Source: Amoebophrya sp. A120
Lineage: Eukaryota > Protista > Dinoflagellata
Assembly: GCA_905178155.1 (NCBI GenBank)
Contig: CAJINV010000003.1
Span: forward strand, 11,821,105 to 11,885,104
Length of the DNA: 64,000 nt
Reading direction: 5' to 3'
Made by a program: the position numbers and the translations under genes. The notes beneath the pieces were generated by a model. It searched no databases and had not been told where the DNA came from. It saw nothing but the letters and a program-made list of their open reading frames with translations. Positions 1-12,600 of this stretch are shown here, piece after piece. Within the stretch, counting starts at the first letter, position 1; each line of letters begins with the position of its first letter.

Positions 1-183
1 AGTGAGGCGGCAGACCATGGCCTTTTATTTTAGTTTGTATACGATCACTCAGAATGTCAGAATTGTAATTCGTTTTTATTGATTCTCGGCATCAATCCAC
101 ATTTATCACTGGTGCTGGTCAGGAAAGAATATTATCCTCACATAATCCACAACGTCAGGTGCAAAGTACTAGTAATGCATAAG

Positions 184-2279
184 TTATACCTCATCCAGAA
201 CCGACTCGGAATTGCACACCCGCAACAGCAGGAATTTCGGCGGTTGGATTTCCAAGCCCTCCATTTTCTCCTTCACGCTCGGCCAAAACTCTTCGTAAAA
301 CCGCCGGCAGGTTTCCGAAATCAGCGGGCGGTCAAAGATATGGATCGCAAACGTGTAGCTTCTGTCGCGCAGCTGAATGAGGTGTGGAACAGAAGTAGAC
401 GTATCCGTATGAAGAATCTCTCTCAAATCATATAGATACAAAAAAAGTTTTTGCCATTTCATGCCTTATACGAGCGATATGAAGACGATTCTATCCTGCT
501 GTGCTGTACCACGTTGCGTCTGCGCGAAACAAAAGTTTTAAAGCAAGTCCTTTATTTCCATAAAAGCTCATGATCACGGAGATGTGGTCGAGGTAAAGTT
601 CCGGTTTTTCAGTCAACCGTTGAAAAAACGCGTCGCAAAGTCGCTTCGTTTCCTATCAAGATGAAAGCTCCCCCCTTCCCATATCAAAGTGGACATCTCT
701 GATGCAGGATTTCCGTACACAAATCAGCTCTGTCTTGCAGAAAGGGAAAATAGGCAGATGCAAAGCCTGGGCCGGGATGTTTTGAGCTAGGCGCTTAGAA
801 TAGCAAACGTCTGCCCTTAAGGTCTAACAGCATCACAAACCGCACGCATAGTGCGGCGGGCTTTCGGGACTTACCTTCTTGCAGCGACTTGTGGCCATAA
901 ATCAGCATCACAATTTTTCAGAAGTGTGCCGTTTCAATATGGGAAGGGGGGACTTTTCCGCACAATATTTCCACATCCGCGTCCGGCCCCTGTTCCTGCT
1001 TGATCTCGACTACCATCTTCTTTTTCGGGATGGTGATAATACCCTGCGCGCACTGCAACACCTCCGTTAGGGTCGTTACTCTTATCGCGTTGGAAAACTA
1101 TGATCCAACAGGGAATAAATCAACGTTGGACTTGTCGTTGCGAGTCGAGAGTCTCGATTATTTCGCTGCGAAAAAATGCTAGATGTGCTTTGCGTGAGGT
1201 TGAGCACGAACAAAGTGTAGCAACCCACTAAAAGTGTAGCAGAGCATCAGCTGCATCATACAGTGTTGAATAGGCATATTTTAAGTACAGTTTTGATAAA
1301 AACGCAAGAGAAGTTTTGACGACTGCAACTGGATCATTGTTTCGTTGCAATAAATTGCCCCGACTCCGTCTTCAGCGCCGTGTGTCGCGCAAGGTAGGCT
1401 GTTTTTCAGGTTCAGTTTCTCTTTCTGCATCACCGTGTGCTTCTTCATTGCAATACCGCATCAGAATCTATCTGATCTCCCAAAAAGAATACTAGACCAA
1501 ACTATTACACATGAGCGACGTACGAAAATCTTTTCGATACCGTGTTTCAATTTCGTCAGCGGCGTTTCTTGTGCCTCTTGTTTCACGTGCTGGTTGCTGG
1601 TTCTGGATTTCGGGGACACACTCTCGGCCGTGGCGGTACTCTCCCGATCGCGCTGCGCTGCTTCTTGCTCCCCACCTTCTCCGCCGGGCTTGTTATCCTC
1701 CTCGTCCCCCTCCCGCAAGTTCGGCTTCGACTTGCGAAAGTCGCTCACCAACTCCGACTGCGTTCGGCCCCAGATCCGCTTCACCGTCTCGTCGTGCAGC
1801 AACACCAAGCGGGCGTCTAGTGTCGCGGCGATGTCGCACTCACAGTTCGTGATTCCCGATGTCCACGCGGTTTCGTACGCTTCCAACGAATTTTCCAGGG
1901 GTCGTACCAGTCGGTCGTCGGAAAAGTGGAATCCGCGGTGCGCGACCAGCTTGTGCACGAGCGAAAGTTTGGGAGCTAGTCCTGCTGTCGGGTCCGATTG
2001 TTCACCGGCGGGTTTGTTCTCCTCGGTTTCTTTGCTTATCACTTCTTTCGTGACTGATTTCAACCACTCCGCTTCCTTCGCGCGCATACCCTTGGTGAAT
2101 TTTATGGCCGCGAGGTTGATGTTTCGTGTCATCTTGGTTCTCGCGTCGATATTCTGATTCAACTTCTTCACGATTTCCTCTTGCTTTCCCCCGTTGGACT
2201 GCTTGCTGGGGCTGGGAACGATCGCTTCGCCCTCGTCGGCCGCGCCTTTACCGGCAGCCTTGGAGCCGGTGCAACCCAT
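184..2279 (-). CDS. Glycerophosphodiester phosphodiesterase (GDPD family), multi-exon, probably N-myristoylated/palmitoylated
   Basis: ORF 1461..2279 has VAHRG, ENSLEAY, ECDI and LVLLHD motifs. A downstream exon across the 654-967 element gives MVVEIK...VIMSF. N-terminus is MGCTGSK. The 3' exon structure and end are not fully resolved. Confidence 0.85.
654..967. mobile_element. Introner (non-canonical intron), tatcaa..ccccccttcccatatc family
   Basis: TIRs; perfect TSD tttcc; removal joins DADVE-TKRLCDAFF in frame. Confidence 0.85.
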
Positions 2280-3071
2280 TTTTGCTGTAGTAGCAGGGCT
2301 TTGTGAAGTACGTCCTGCTGCTCTCGCAACCCGAAGGGAGGGAGGCTGCTATACTTCCTTCCAAGAATTAGAATTCAGACAAATCAAGTGAAGCAAATAA
2401 AATTCTCGTCAACCAAGACAGACATGCGAAACGGAAAGAAACTCAAACTGACAATCATTATTTCAGCCCAAGAAGAAAAAGCGTCACAAGCCGCCTGACT
2501 CTCTATCCGCCGTGCTCCTCTCAAGCCCTTTCTGGGCCTCTCAATGTCCTCTCGATCTTGGATCACATGGCTTCGTATTCTCAGCAAAGAAAACAATGGA
2601 CCAAGTGAAGCTCCGGCGTGTTCTGGTATGTGTGCGTCTTGCTGGTGTTATTTCTGGATTCACCCAGAGAACTTCACCATAAATGCACTTTTACCTTCTG
2701 CGCAGACGCACGTGCAGCAAAGAACCTTTATCTACACGAACACAACACTACAGTTTCCTTCTTGCCTTTCACGCCTTCTTGTGAAGCAGTTGAAAAACAC
2801 GTCTCTCTTTTTATTCCCCATCCAAACTTATGTTATAATTATATGCAATCACATTATGACAAGAAAATACCAACGTGTGAGCCCCCGACGGTTGTAATAT
2901 GTGTCGGCAGACACTTTCCTAGTGTCTCGTCTTGCTCTTGCACGCCAAACATTACACGGCAAAGAAGAAAAGTGATGCGCACCCGTTCCGAAAATGTTGA
3001 AAGTTCAAAACTGAAAGCAAACCCACACTGAAACTTCTGAAAGAAAAGGAAAGAAAGAAATTGCTACCCTA

Positions 3072-3171
3072 NNNNNNNNNNNNNNNNNNNNNNNNNNNNN
3101 NNNNNNNNNNNNNNNNNNNNNNNNNNNNNNNNNNNNNNNNNNNNNNNNNNNNNNNNNNNNNNNNNNNNNNN
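3072..3171. other. Assembly gap (100 N)
   Basis: Run of N. Confidence 0.99.
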
Positions 3172-3909
3172 CTGCGCTAAGAAATAAAGAAGAACGACGG
3201 AGCTGCTGGATTTTAGTTTTTTCCCCCATACTGAGTGGAGCGTGTTCACCCTTGTAGTAATTACAAAATCCTACACCTATCATGCGGAGATCCGGTAGGG
3301 CTACGGTTGTAAAATGCTTCTAAATGCAATCGAGCAGGGCAATATGCCTGCAATCCAGGACGCTAGGATAATTCAAAAGTAAAAGATCGTAGAAGATGTG
3401 TTCCTGAACGAAAACCTTCGATTGAAACTTTGTATGTGTAAAATTAAAATTAAGGGTATTAAATGGAGTAACTCAAAAAAACGATTCTCGGAAAAATCAA
3501 CTGAAGAAAGTTCTACTGCGCTCATGCAAATAGTACCCTGCTGCGATACAATGAGTAAACTTGAAATCCTTCCTGTGAATGTAAGAAAACCCGGCTGATA
3601 AAAGTTTAGACTGTGAATGACTGTGAAAACGGTTTTGTCGTTTTGCGTTGTTTTGTATGCGAATTGCCTTGTGCGCTCCCTACAACTAACCAAACTCTTT
3701 ACTGCTCCCCCTCTTCTACGCAGCTTGTTTATTTGGTCTTGTCTTCGGACACGAATACCATACATAGATAGGGTGTTGAAAGCCATGAGCTTAAGCCGTA
3801 AATTCCAGAATGTAAAAATAAGTGACCATAAAACGTGTTTGTCCTGTCGCGTGACTTTGTCAAGTGATCGACACTTGCTGTCTGGGTCCTCTAGCGGCGG
3901 GACTCGTTA

Positions 3910-5102
3910 TCACTGCGTTTGTTCTGCACCTCCTTCTTCTTGCGTTTCTGCCAGGTTGTCCACTTCCTTCAGCGTCGCCGCCGTCTCCTTCTTCAGCTCC
4001 GCTGCCGCGTCTTTCAGCTCCTTCGCAAGCTCTTTCAACTTCTTATCCTTCTCCGCCAGTTCCGCTTCTAGATTTTCCCGTTTCTTCTTGTTGTGCTGTG
4101 CCAGCTGGGCCCCCCCCGTCTCCAATTCCCCCCTGCGCTTCTCAAGCTTTGTGTTGTTCTCCTGTTGCAAATCCTCGTGCGCTTTGTCCGCCACCTCCTT
4201 CTGCTTCTTCTCATCTTCCTCATTCTTTTTTCTCGCGGCTTTCACCTCCTCCTCCAAGGAAGCCACCTCCTTAGCAGCCCTTTTCGTCTCTTTCTCCACC
4301 GCCGCTTTCATTTCCTCCAACTGTTGCGTTCGGCTTTTCATCTCAGCCTCATTTTGTTTTTTTAAGTTCTGCAGTTCCTCGATCTGGGCGTTCTTGTGCT
4401 CCGTGTGTTCTTGTTCATGCTTTTTTTCCAACTTTTTCAGCTCCTTCTCCATATCCGCCTTCTGCTCCTTCTCGGCTAGCGCATCTTTCTTCAACTCGTC
4501 CTCCCGCTTCTTCTTCAAGGCTCCCACTTCCACCTTCAGCAACTGCCACCGACGCTTCCGCGCCCCTAGCTTCTGGACTTGCACTTTGGAAATAGAGGAA
4601 TCAGCATCACCACCAGCACCCGCCCGCTTGCTCTGCATGAACCCAGAAGGCGCGGCTTCACTTCCTTGCCAACGTGTCGAGGGGAAAAGTGGATCCATAC
4701 CGTATCTGGACTGCAAGCATGCGTCTTCAGTAACACAACACACGATTTCCATGAACGGAAAATCAAGAACCGAGCTACAAAAGATGGAAAGAATACTGCG
4801 ATCACGCAGCAGCCTCGTGTGTAGACGCTGCAGACACGGAAGCGCGACTAGTACCACGGCATCGCTTAACTAGCTCAGTTGCCAAGCTGATTTATTACAA
4901 AGGGGCCGCTCAATAATTCTTTTAAGAGCCAGCGACGTCTTTTCAAACGCAAAACGCATGCCAAATGTCGTATGGATGCACAAGTTTCATGAAGGATAAA
5001 GTAATGCGTCGTCGCAGGCTCCTTCTTCTCCTGCTTCACCGCCAAGGCGAACTCGCCCCACAAGGGCTTGGCAGCAGCAACCAGGGTGGCTTTCTTCAGC
5101 AT
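3910..5102 (-). CDS. Putative secreted coiled-coil protein, 2 exons; paralog of 6333-6821
   Basis: Exon 1 MLKKATLVAAA...EPATTH, intron ~4675-4998, exon 2 WQGSEAAPSGFMQ followed by a K/E-rich coiled coil. Confidence 0.7.
4675..4998. mobile_element. Degenerate introner, absent from the paralog
   Basis: Inverted repeat aaaagtggatccatac / gtatggatgcacaagttt; removal plus 5 bp restores H(Y/R)WQGSE. Confidence 0.6.
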
Positions 5103-6332
5103 TTTTTTGCTTCTGACTCGAGTCTTCCTACTCATCTTGCACGAACAGAAATAAGAGGGGCACTACTCAAAGTCAAACAAGGTTTGTCGGCTTACAGTTT
5201 CGTGTAGTTTCGTTGCTTCCTCACAAAGGACAACACAAGGTTGCGCGAATAGATAGAATTTCTCAAAACCCCGGAGAAAAAAACTTTGCACCTGTGGCTC
5301 GAAGAATGAATTCGGAGAATACTATGATGTTTGTACGAATACGAGTTTACCAGTCAACTACATTTTTCCAATGCAGCTGCCTGAGATACGGTTACTAAAG
5401 AAGTAGCAACGTGAAATGCGTCGCGACAACGAAAGGGACGTCGACGAAGAACAGGAACATACTGTTTTTTTTTTCCCTGCTGATGTTGCGCGATGCATAT
5501 TACCACGAGAAGAATTACGGAGCACGATGGGCACGATTAGGTTTTGTTCCAGAACGAGGGGCAGTTTGGTTTATTTTCCGGCACGTCGAGCCTACCCTTT
5601 TCAAATAACATGACGACAACCACGGATTGCCCAGAATGGGCAAGGACGATGGAACAAATCAATAAACTGCATGGCCTTCCTGTGCTTGTTTGTCGTGCTG
5701 TCCGCCATCTACATAAGTGAAGACTAGGCTTTATTTTCGTAAGCTACAGGATATGTAGTGAAGATAGGCTGGAATCCTGCCGTGTTGTCAAATCATACCG
5801 GAAGGGGGTCGAGTCGTCGTCTCATCATACTGTAGAGCTGTCGGCACAGAAAGCCTGGAACGTTGTAGCGCAGTGGACGTCGTGCGGCCACGTTGTTCTT
5901 GAGTACGTCTAGCGTTACGCCGACGAGAGTACTCTATGTCACCACAATTTAGTACGCTAGGCGCGCATGCTGATGTTGTGTAGTGACAGCGAGCCTCAAA
6001 CTCGAACTACTCCATGCTGGAGCAATAGAAACTGACCGTAGTACTTCAAGGGACATTAACGGGGTAAAAAGCAGACTTTTAGGGTAGCAACTTAGTGATG
6101 GAAAATGTTTGCTGGACCTTTGTGGGAATTTTCGGGCTCTTGCTTAGAGAAACTTGCAGTGCACTAAAACGGATTGGTTGCGTTTGAGAAGGTACAGATG
6201 TTGCGCTTGTGAATTGAGAAGAGTCAAGAAGGTGAATATTATAGATAAAAAAAAACTTGTTGTACTGGTGTAAACAAAATCGCAAAAAAATGCGCTGAAA
6301 ACGTTCCCCCGTAGCTGCATCAGGCTTCCTGA

Positions 6333-6821
6333 TCATTCCTCCCGAGGAGAGGTGGTCGGGGGAGACGAGGGAGCCGACGTCGTCTCGGGCACGGGGATGG
6401 CATCGACGCGTTCCAGCATGTTGTCCAGCACGCCCTGCTGCCCCTCCAGCCGCACGATCTCCGCCCTCAGGTTTTCCAGTTTTTCCGCCAAGTCGCGCTT
6501 TGCCGCCGCGATTTTCTTCTTCAGCGCGTTCTTCTTGTCCGAGGCTTCTTTTTGCGTGGTCGCAAACGCATCCACCTCCGCTCGCAGGTCGGCCACATCC
6601 TGAGTGGGCTTCGCGATAGCTTCCGCACCGGTCACATCCACACCGTCGTCGCGCCCCTCGGTAGGTTCCTGCATGAACCCGGACGGCGTGGCCTCGCTTC
6701 CTTGCCAAAAGTGCGTCGCGCCGCGACGGTCCTGCGTCATCGCCCCGGAAACCAGGTGGAGCCCACCCTGTTCCAGGGTGCTGCTGGTAGCAGCGACGAC
6801 GACTGCAGTCTTCTTCAGCAT
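6333..6821 (-). CDS. Putative secreted coiled-coil protein (intronless paralog)
   Basis: MLKKTAVVVAAT...ATHFWQGSEATPSGFMQ followed by a coiled coil; matches the 3910-5102 gene. Confidence 0.7.
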   Translation of the reverse strand: MLKKTAVVVAATSSTLEQGGLHLVSGAMTQDRRGATHFWQGSEATPSGFMQEPTEGRDDGVDVTGAEAIAKPTQDVADLRAEVDAFATTQKEASDKKNALKKKIAAAKRDLAEKLENLRAEIVRLEGQQGVLDNMLERVDAIPVPETTSAPSSPPTTSPREE

Positions 6822-7511
6822 TTTGCGATTTATTTTTGTATGCTTGTCTTTTCCAGAAAGATAAAGCTTCGACTGTTCCGGCGAGGAAGAAGATTTATTT
6901 TCGCTTCTGTCCACAAAATGAAACAAGCCGCACGTAGCTAAATGAAAAAAAAAACTTGGGACCTGTTTGTGGCGAAGTGAGGGTACACGTGAGAGGTTGA
7001 GCTTGAGGCTGATCCTTTGCAGAAATTTCTAGTTAAGGAAAACGGTGTCAGTACTTTACTTCTTCAAGTCCTATCTTACCATGACTTCTCCTCGGTCGTA
7101 AGCACGAGGAAGAATGGCGACGGAAGGGAGGACGAAATCTTTCAGGACGTATGTTTCATTCGCTTCGCAGTAAGTCAAGTGCACGACTTCAACGACAAAT
7201 GGAATTTGATCACGAAGATTGAGGCAAACACAATCAAGCATTATTTCGTCAACAATTTTCCACGATCCACGAATGCCATGACGCAGCACATGAAATGACC
7301 ATTTGCCGACAAATGAAAAAGAACGAGAACGACCTTTCGAGAAGCTTCCTTGTTTATTCATTTTTTCTTCTGTACTATCCTTACAAGGAGCAACTGTTTC
7401 TGTTTCTTTGCAGCAATGTAAACACCTCCAGGGCTTGTGACTAAGTAGACCCTTCACCTTCTAGAGGCAGTCGGACCTCCGATAAATAATTATCAGTGCA
7501 GACGAACATCT

Positions 7512-8909
7512 TCACTTTATCGGCGCCGCGGCCGCTGTCCCCAGCGTGTAGCTAGCAGTAGGAGCAAAAGAATCTCGGAGAAATTTGACATTTACGCTTT
7601 TACCTTTTCTATCTTTTTCCCGACATTTTTCAACATCTGCAAGCACCGGATCCGATTCATTCAGGGTATAACTTCGATCCACGACCAAAAAGGCGTTATA
7701 TTCTTTCATCTGTTTCAGAACGTCGCGCAGCCTCTGCACTTCTGTTCTCCGGTGAAATTCCTTCCACCGCGAAAAACTTTTGGAAAACAACTTCAACCGC
7801 CACTGTCGGTCGAAAACGCGAAGCAAGCCCGTTTCCGTTGCGATATGCACCAGGGTGGCGGTAGTATTCGTAGTGGAGCTTCTTGTAGTACTTCTTTCCG
7901 GTCGTGCAACTACTACAGATGAACGGCCGGCAGAAGAAGTAGAGGTTTTGACCTGAGGCTTCTTCGACGTGCTTAGTTGTACTTCTTGTCCTCTACTTGT
8001 CCTCCCCTGCGCTCCTGGCTTGTTCTTCTCTCTGCCTTCCTCCTGAAAGGTAGCATACAGCTCCTCGACAAAACTCCCAATACGCCGCTCCCGGTCGCGT
8101 TCCCCACGCAGCGCTTCCGAAAATTTCGCCCACACGCGGAAAAAGAAGAGTTGCGCTGCTTTTCTCCGCAAGGGGACGTGAAAGTCAGACATCGAAGTTT
8201 TGAAGTGGTTTATCGACGTCGACGATGCGAGAAAATCCACCATCGGGCGAGCAGAGGAGATATTGTTCCGAAACAGCACCGCCTCCTCCTTTTCGGCCTT
8301 CACCTGCATAGCCCTGTCCTGCAACTGCTCCACCGACGCCGTGAGATTTTTCTGCAGCGCAAGCAGCCGGGCCTTTCGAGTTTTATTTTCCGGGTGGATA
8401 GAAGATGGTGGAACAAGAACACCGGGCGACAAAAATGTACTGGTAAATTCATTTTCATCTACCATAGGCGCAACCTCCTCATCCTCGGGAGCGGTCAGTT
8501 GATCCGTTTGGACCTGCTTGTTGACGTTTCTGGAATAAAGCCCTGTAGATGTTGAAGTAATCGTGGCTGTCGTGGCCTTGGAAAAATGCTGGTGGTGATA
8601 ATTCTCGTCATGATCACGCTGATACTCAGGATCGTGCCGTAGATCCAGTTTACTATTCGCTACTCCCGTGCCGACTTGATTCTTGCTCGTTTTTGTTTCA
8701 GAGTGAAGATCATCATCGCTATAATTTCCGCTGCTCCGTACCCCTGTACCGGAACCCAAAGGAGAATCCGCGGGGAGCACGGGCGACTGTAGCGGAGCGG
8801 TTTGTTTTGATCCCTGGGCGTCCTTTTGTCCGGGGGTGCCAAATCTCAAATCCGTCGGAGTGGCAGCAGTGGTGCCAGAAATTTGGTCGTGGGAAGGGCT
8901 GGACGGCAT
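7512..8909 (-). CDS. Hypothetical protein, 465 aa, low-complexity with coiled coil
   Basis: Long ATG-initiated ORF on the local gene-cluster strand. Confidence 0.7.
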   Translation of the reverse strand: MPSSPSHDQISGTTAATPTDLRFGTPGQKDAQGSKQTAPLQSPVLPADSPLGSGTGVRSSGNYSDDDLHSETKTSKNQVGTGVANSKLDLRHDPEYQRDHDENYHHQHFSKATTATITSTSTGLYSRNVNKQVQTDQLTAPEDEEVAPMVDENEFTSTFLSPGVLVPPSSIHPENKTRKARLLALQKNLTASVEQLQDRAMQVKAEKEEAVLFRNNISSARPMVDFLASSTSINHFKTSMSDFHVPLRRKAAQLFFFRVWAKFSEALRGERDRERRIGSFVEELYATFQEEGREKNKPGAQGRTSRGQEVQLSTSKKPQVKTSTSSAGRSSVVVARPERSTTRSSTTNTTATLVHIATETGLLRVFDRQWRLKLFSKSFSRWKEFHRRTEVQRLRDVLKQMKEYNAFLVVDRSYTLNESDPVLADVEKCREKDRKGKSVNVKFLRDSFAPTASYTLGTAAAAPIK

Positions 8910-9605
8910 GCTACTTTTTCGGTGTGTTGTATCCTGGTTCTAAAAGAAAAACTACTCCTCGTCCTAATCCTATTGCTTTTACTTGCATAATTCTTGCCGT
9001 GCGGTGTAATAAATAAGTCAATCAGTTTTGCCGACGGAAGAATAAGCAAAGTGCCTTCTTTGTCAGGGCGTTTCGTTTCCTCTCGCTCCCGAACAACGAG
9101 TTCGCTCGCGCCTTTGCCAAAAACACTAGGAATGAAAAGCCCCAGACATAACAACTACCTGTAGTCGCGCCAATTGCAGAAAAGAACCTCCTCTCGCATG
9201 GCATCTTCTTCCAGAAGAAGAAGAGGATAGCGTGTGATGGCGTAGCCGGGCACTGACTTTCTTTATCGTCGTAAAGTCTTCATGCTCTTCTGCGTTGGTT
9301 TTTGATACCATTATCTATCAGCATCGTTCATACAAAATTTGCCAATTGCAAAACCTCCGTCAAGGAATCGAATGGTACTAATTAAGACGCAATGTCGCGA
9401 GAGCGGCGTCTTGTCTTTGCGTTCATTTGAAGTAGATAAAGCAAATTTCTTCACAGGAAAAAGCCATGGCCTGTCATGTGCAAAAAAAGCTCTGCGCGAT
9501 CAAAATTCAATGCGGGCAAAATAATAATGCGTAGTGTACTAGCGAATAAGAGGAGGCATCCCACCACAAGCGACGAGGAAAGCACCAAAAAGGCCTCCAA
9601 AAGCA

Positions 9606-12600
9606 TCAGTCAACGACCGTGCCTGTATCGGGTAACACGTTGATTCCCACGTCTAGACAGTCGTCGTTACTCACTTGTCCCGTGCGGTCGAACTCCAGGA
9701 GAGTTTGAAACACCTTCTTTCTCACATTTTGCACCTCCGACTGCTTCTGGCCGACGAACGCGACGAACCGCTTCGGCGTGAATCGATTGGTCAGAACGGA
9801 GAAGCGCACGCTCAGGGCGCAGTTCGTCACGGTGCGGACTTGGTCCTGCTTCGCCCGCTTCCGGACGACGGTTATAGTATGTGGCTTGTTCGTTCCCTTA
9901 ACACTGTGCGGCGTCGCGCCAGAAGCGCAGGAAGCGGCGCTTGTACTAGATTTTGGTGTGGTAGAATTATTTTGCCCGAGCCTCTTCTTGCCGGCCGCGA
10001 CGCCGACACCTCCGCCACTGTAATTGTGAATCGGCAGCTGCTTCAGACTGGGCACTTGGTCCAAAACTTTGCGGTTCCGTTCCCTGTAATCCGCAATCAT
10101 GGACGCTGTCGAGGAACCCGAATCGGCTCTTGGGCGTGTTTTTTGCTCAGCAGGTAACTGGAGATGTTCTTGACCGGCGGCCTCGTGAGTTGTAGTAGGA
10201 ATGGTTTTCTGCCCTTCCAGTCCATGACTTCTCTGATCATCTTCCGTGGCTGCATTAAAAACAGTGCCATTCGGGAAGAATTCCAATTCCACCTTGATTT
10301 TCATACTGGCCGAGGGCTCGTAGTAGAAGGTTGGCGACAGCAAGCAGACCCCCTTCCCGTGCTCGCGGATCTTCAAACTCGCGTTCTCCAGACGCCACAT
10401 TATTTTTTCGGCGTTGTTGCAGTACTTCCGGTATCAACTGCAAAAATGTCTGGGTCTGGAAACTTGTGATGCAAGTCCGTGAACAAAATACTGCTCTGTA
10501 ATGCGCCGCCAAGCATGACAAGTTTTTTCGTGTTTCTGTACTGCGTATTTCGCATGAGAGCCTGCGCTTTTGCATGACAGGCAAGAGGACCTCTTGGTGG
10601 CCACGCAATACAGAGTGCAGAGTCATGCTAGACTAGCATGACAAATCTCGCAATCTTCCAGACCCAGACATTTTTGCATTTGATATCCGGAGGATGATTT
10701 GCGGCCGGGGATACAAATTCTGCTGGCTCGTGTCGTCAATGATCAGACGCTGGACCGGCGGGGACGACGCGGCTATAGTACTGGGCTCTACCTGCGAGAG
10801 CGCTTCCTGTTCTCCTGCCCCGACGGCGAGATCAGTCGCGGTGCTGTAGTGTCTCGAGCCGCCCAGCGGCGAGGCCGCGAGGTTCGGGGGCGCGAAACCA
10901 GGATGATGAAGCGAGGACGGTGAAGATGTTGCTGATGCTGTCAGTATAAAAATATTGAATTGGGTCAAAAGATTTCCCCTGCAGTTATCGTTGTGCTTTC
11001 GACGTCCCTTACAAGTACACCACAGCAACTTTTCAATAAATCATACCTCCTTCCCTCCCAGCTGCTTCTTCCCGGGTGAGAGCCGAGTCGTCCAGCGCAA
11101 TGCCAGCCCCGCTGCCCGGCAACAAGTGCCGCAAACCGTCCTTTTTCGAATCGATCGTGATGGTATGGAACGGACAAAAAGGCGTAAGCCCTGCTAACAC
11201 TAAGCATTTGCATTTGCATGCAAAAATACATTTGCAATCATGATCTATACCCCACATCACGTCCGATGCAATAAAGCGGGAAGACACATCCAAAAATTTA
11301 GCAGCAAACACTGACAAAAAGCAGAAGCCCGCCGTTCCATCTCATACACGTTCGAAGCGTCACAGGGACCACCTTGTGCCAGTTCTTTCGACGCCACACT
11401 GGACAACAAGGTCGCACCACAACTACCGCCGTCGTCTCCCCCGCATGTCGCGACCGTGGTCGCCTTCGAAGGACCACAACTAGTAGCAGTGTTTGAAGTA
11501 GATTTGTTCGCACCCGCAGCCCCGGCCTGCGGTCGCTGGTTCCCGTTGTCGTGTCTCGGGATGGGCGATTTCTCGTTGGGCGAGGGTGCAAGCGGTCGGT
11601 AGAACCCCGCGTTGGACTGGTGCAGCTGACTCGCGCTGCTCACCGCCGTGGTGTCAGGGTCGATGGAAGTTTGCTGCAGCCGCTTCTGCTCTGCGTTTGT
11701 TGCTCTCGGCGTGGCTAGTTCGTCCTGTTCCGCACCGTTCGGGACATGCTCCTCCTGCTGCACGACCATCGTGTCCACGATCTTCAGTTTGCTCGACGGG
11801 GCTTGATGCCCGTCACTCGCGGGAGGAGTCCGCGGAGGGCCTGCGGCACTAGACGATTCCAACTGCGTGCGCGCGACTCTCTCGGTGTCCTGGAAGTTGT
11901 GCGTAGTTGTAGAAGTAGTGGCTCTTGGAGCAGCTGCCAGGACCACAGCGCCACCATCATCTGCCTTCGACTCGGAAGAAGTAGTCACTGCAATGGGATT
12001 GTTTGTCGCTCCTCGGCCATGTCCACCCTGATTCGCCAGGCAACCGGAAGTAGGTCCCTGCGATTGCTCCTGAACTTGGTTCTTCAGATTCTTCCCTGTC
12101 AGCGTTGAGGAATGAGCTGGTGCTGCGTCAGGCTTTGGCCCACGACCTGTAGTTCGGATTTCAGCAGGAGCTGCACCTGCAATGGTTTTGATATCAGTGC
12201 TGCTTTTCCTTCCTGCTATTCTCACATCACGGCCTGCAGTGCTACTGCTGCTCCCACCCCCGACAGAACTGCCCGCTCCCGTGGTCCTAGTTGCCGCACC
12301 AACTTTCGGGACGAGGACTGCACGCCCCTGGCCTTGCCTTTCCGCGGGAGCAGTTTTTACCCGATTTCCCCGTGGGTACTTCACAGCCAACGGACTGCTT
12401 TTCCGCTTGCTCGAATTGGTGTGGGAAGATGAGGAAATAGCTGAAGCTTTAATATCTTTGTTTCCCATCGATGTTGTTGATGCCGCTGTTGATGCACTGC
12501 TGGAGTTTGCAGTTTCTGACAGCCCTCCTCCTCCTCCCGCAAAGCTGCTTCCCAACTGCACCTGCTTCCGGCGGAGTCGTTCCTTGTGCTTCTGGAAACT

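Noticed and set aside
3617-4873. Long antisense ORFs (3617..4873, 18931..20106, 22215..23141, 52391..53482 and others)
   Set aside because: Ser/Phe-rich shadows of real genes on the opposite strand.
7071-7457. 128-aa ORF with a CxxC motif
   Set aside because: Non-ATG start, no further support; probably 3' UTR or intergenic.
10432-10685. Tc1/mariner assignment from the TA ends
   Set aside because: A separate 5-bp duplication lies outside the TA, and the frame is restored only when both TAs are removed.
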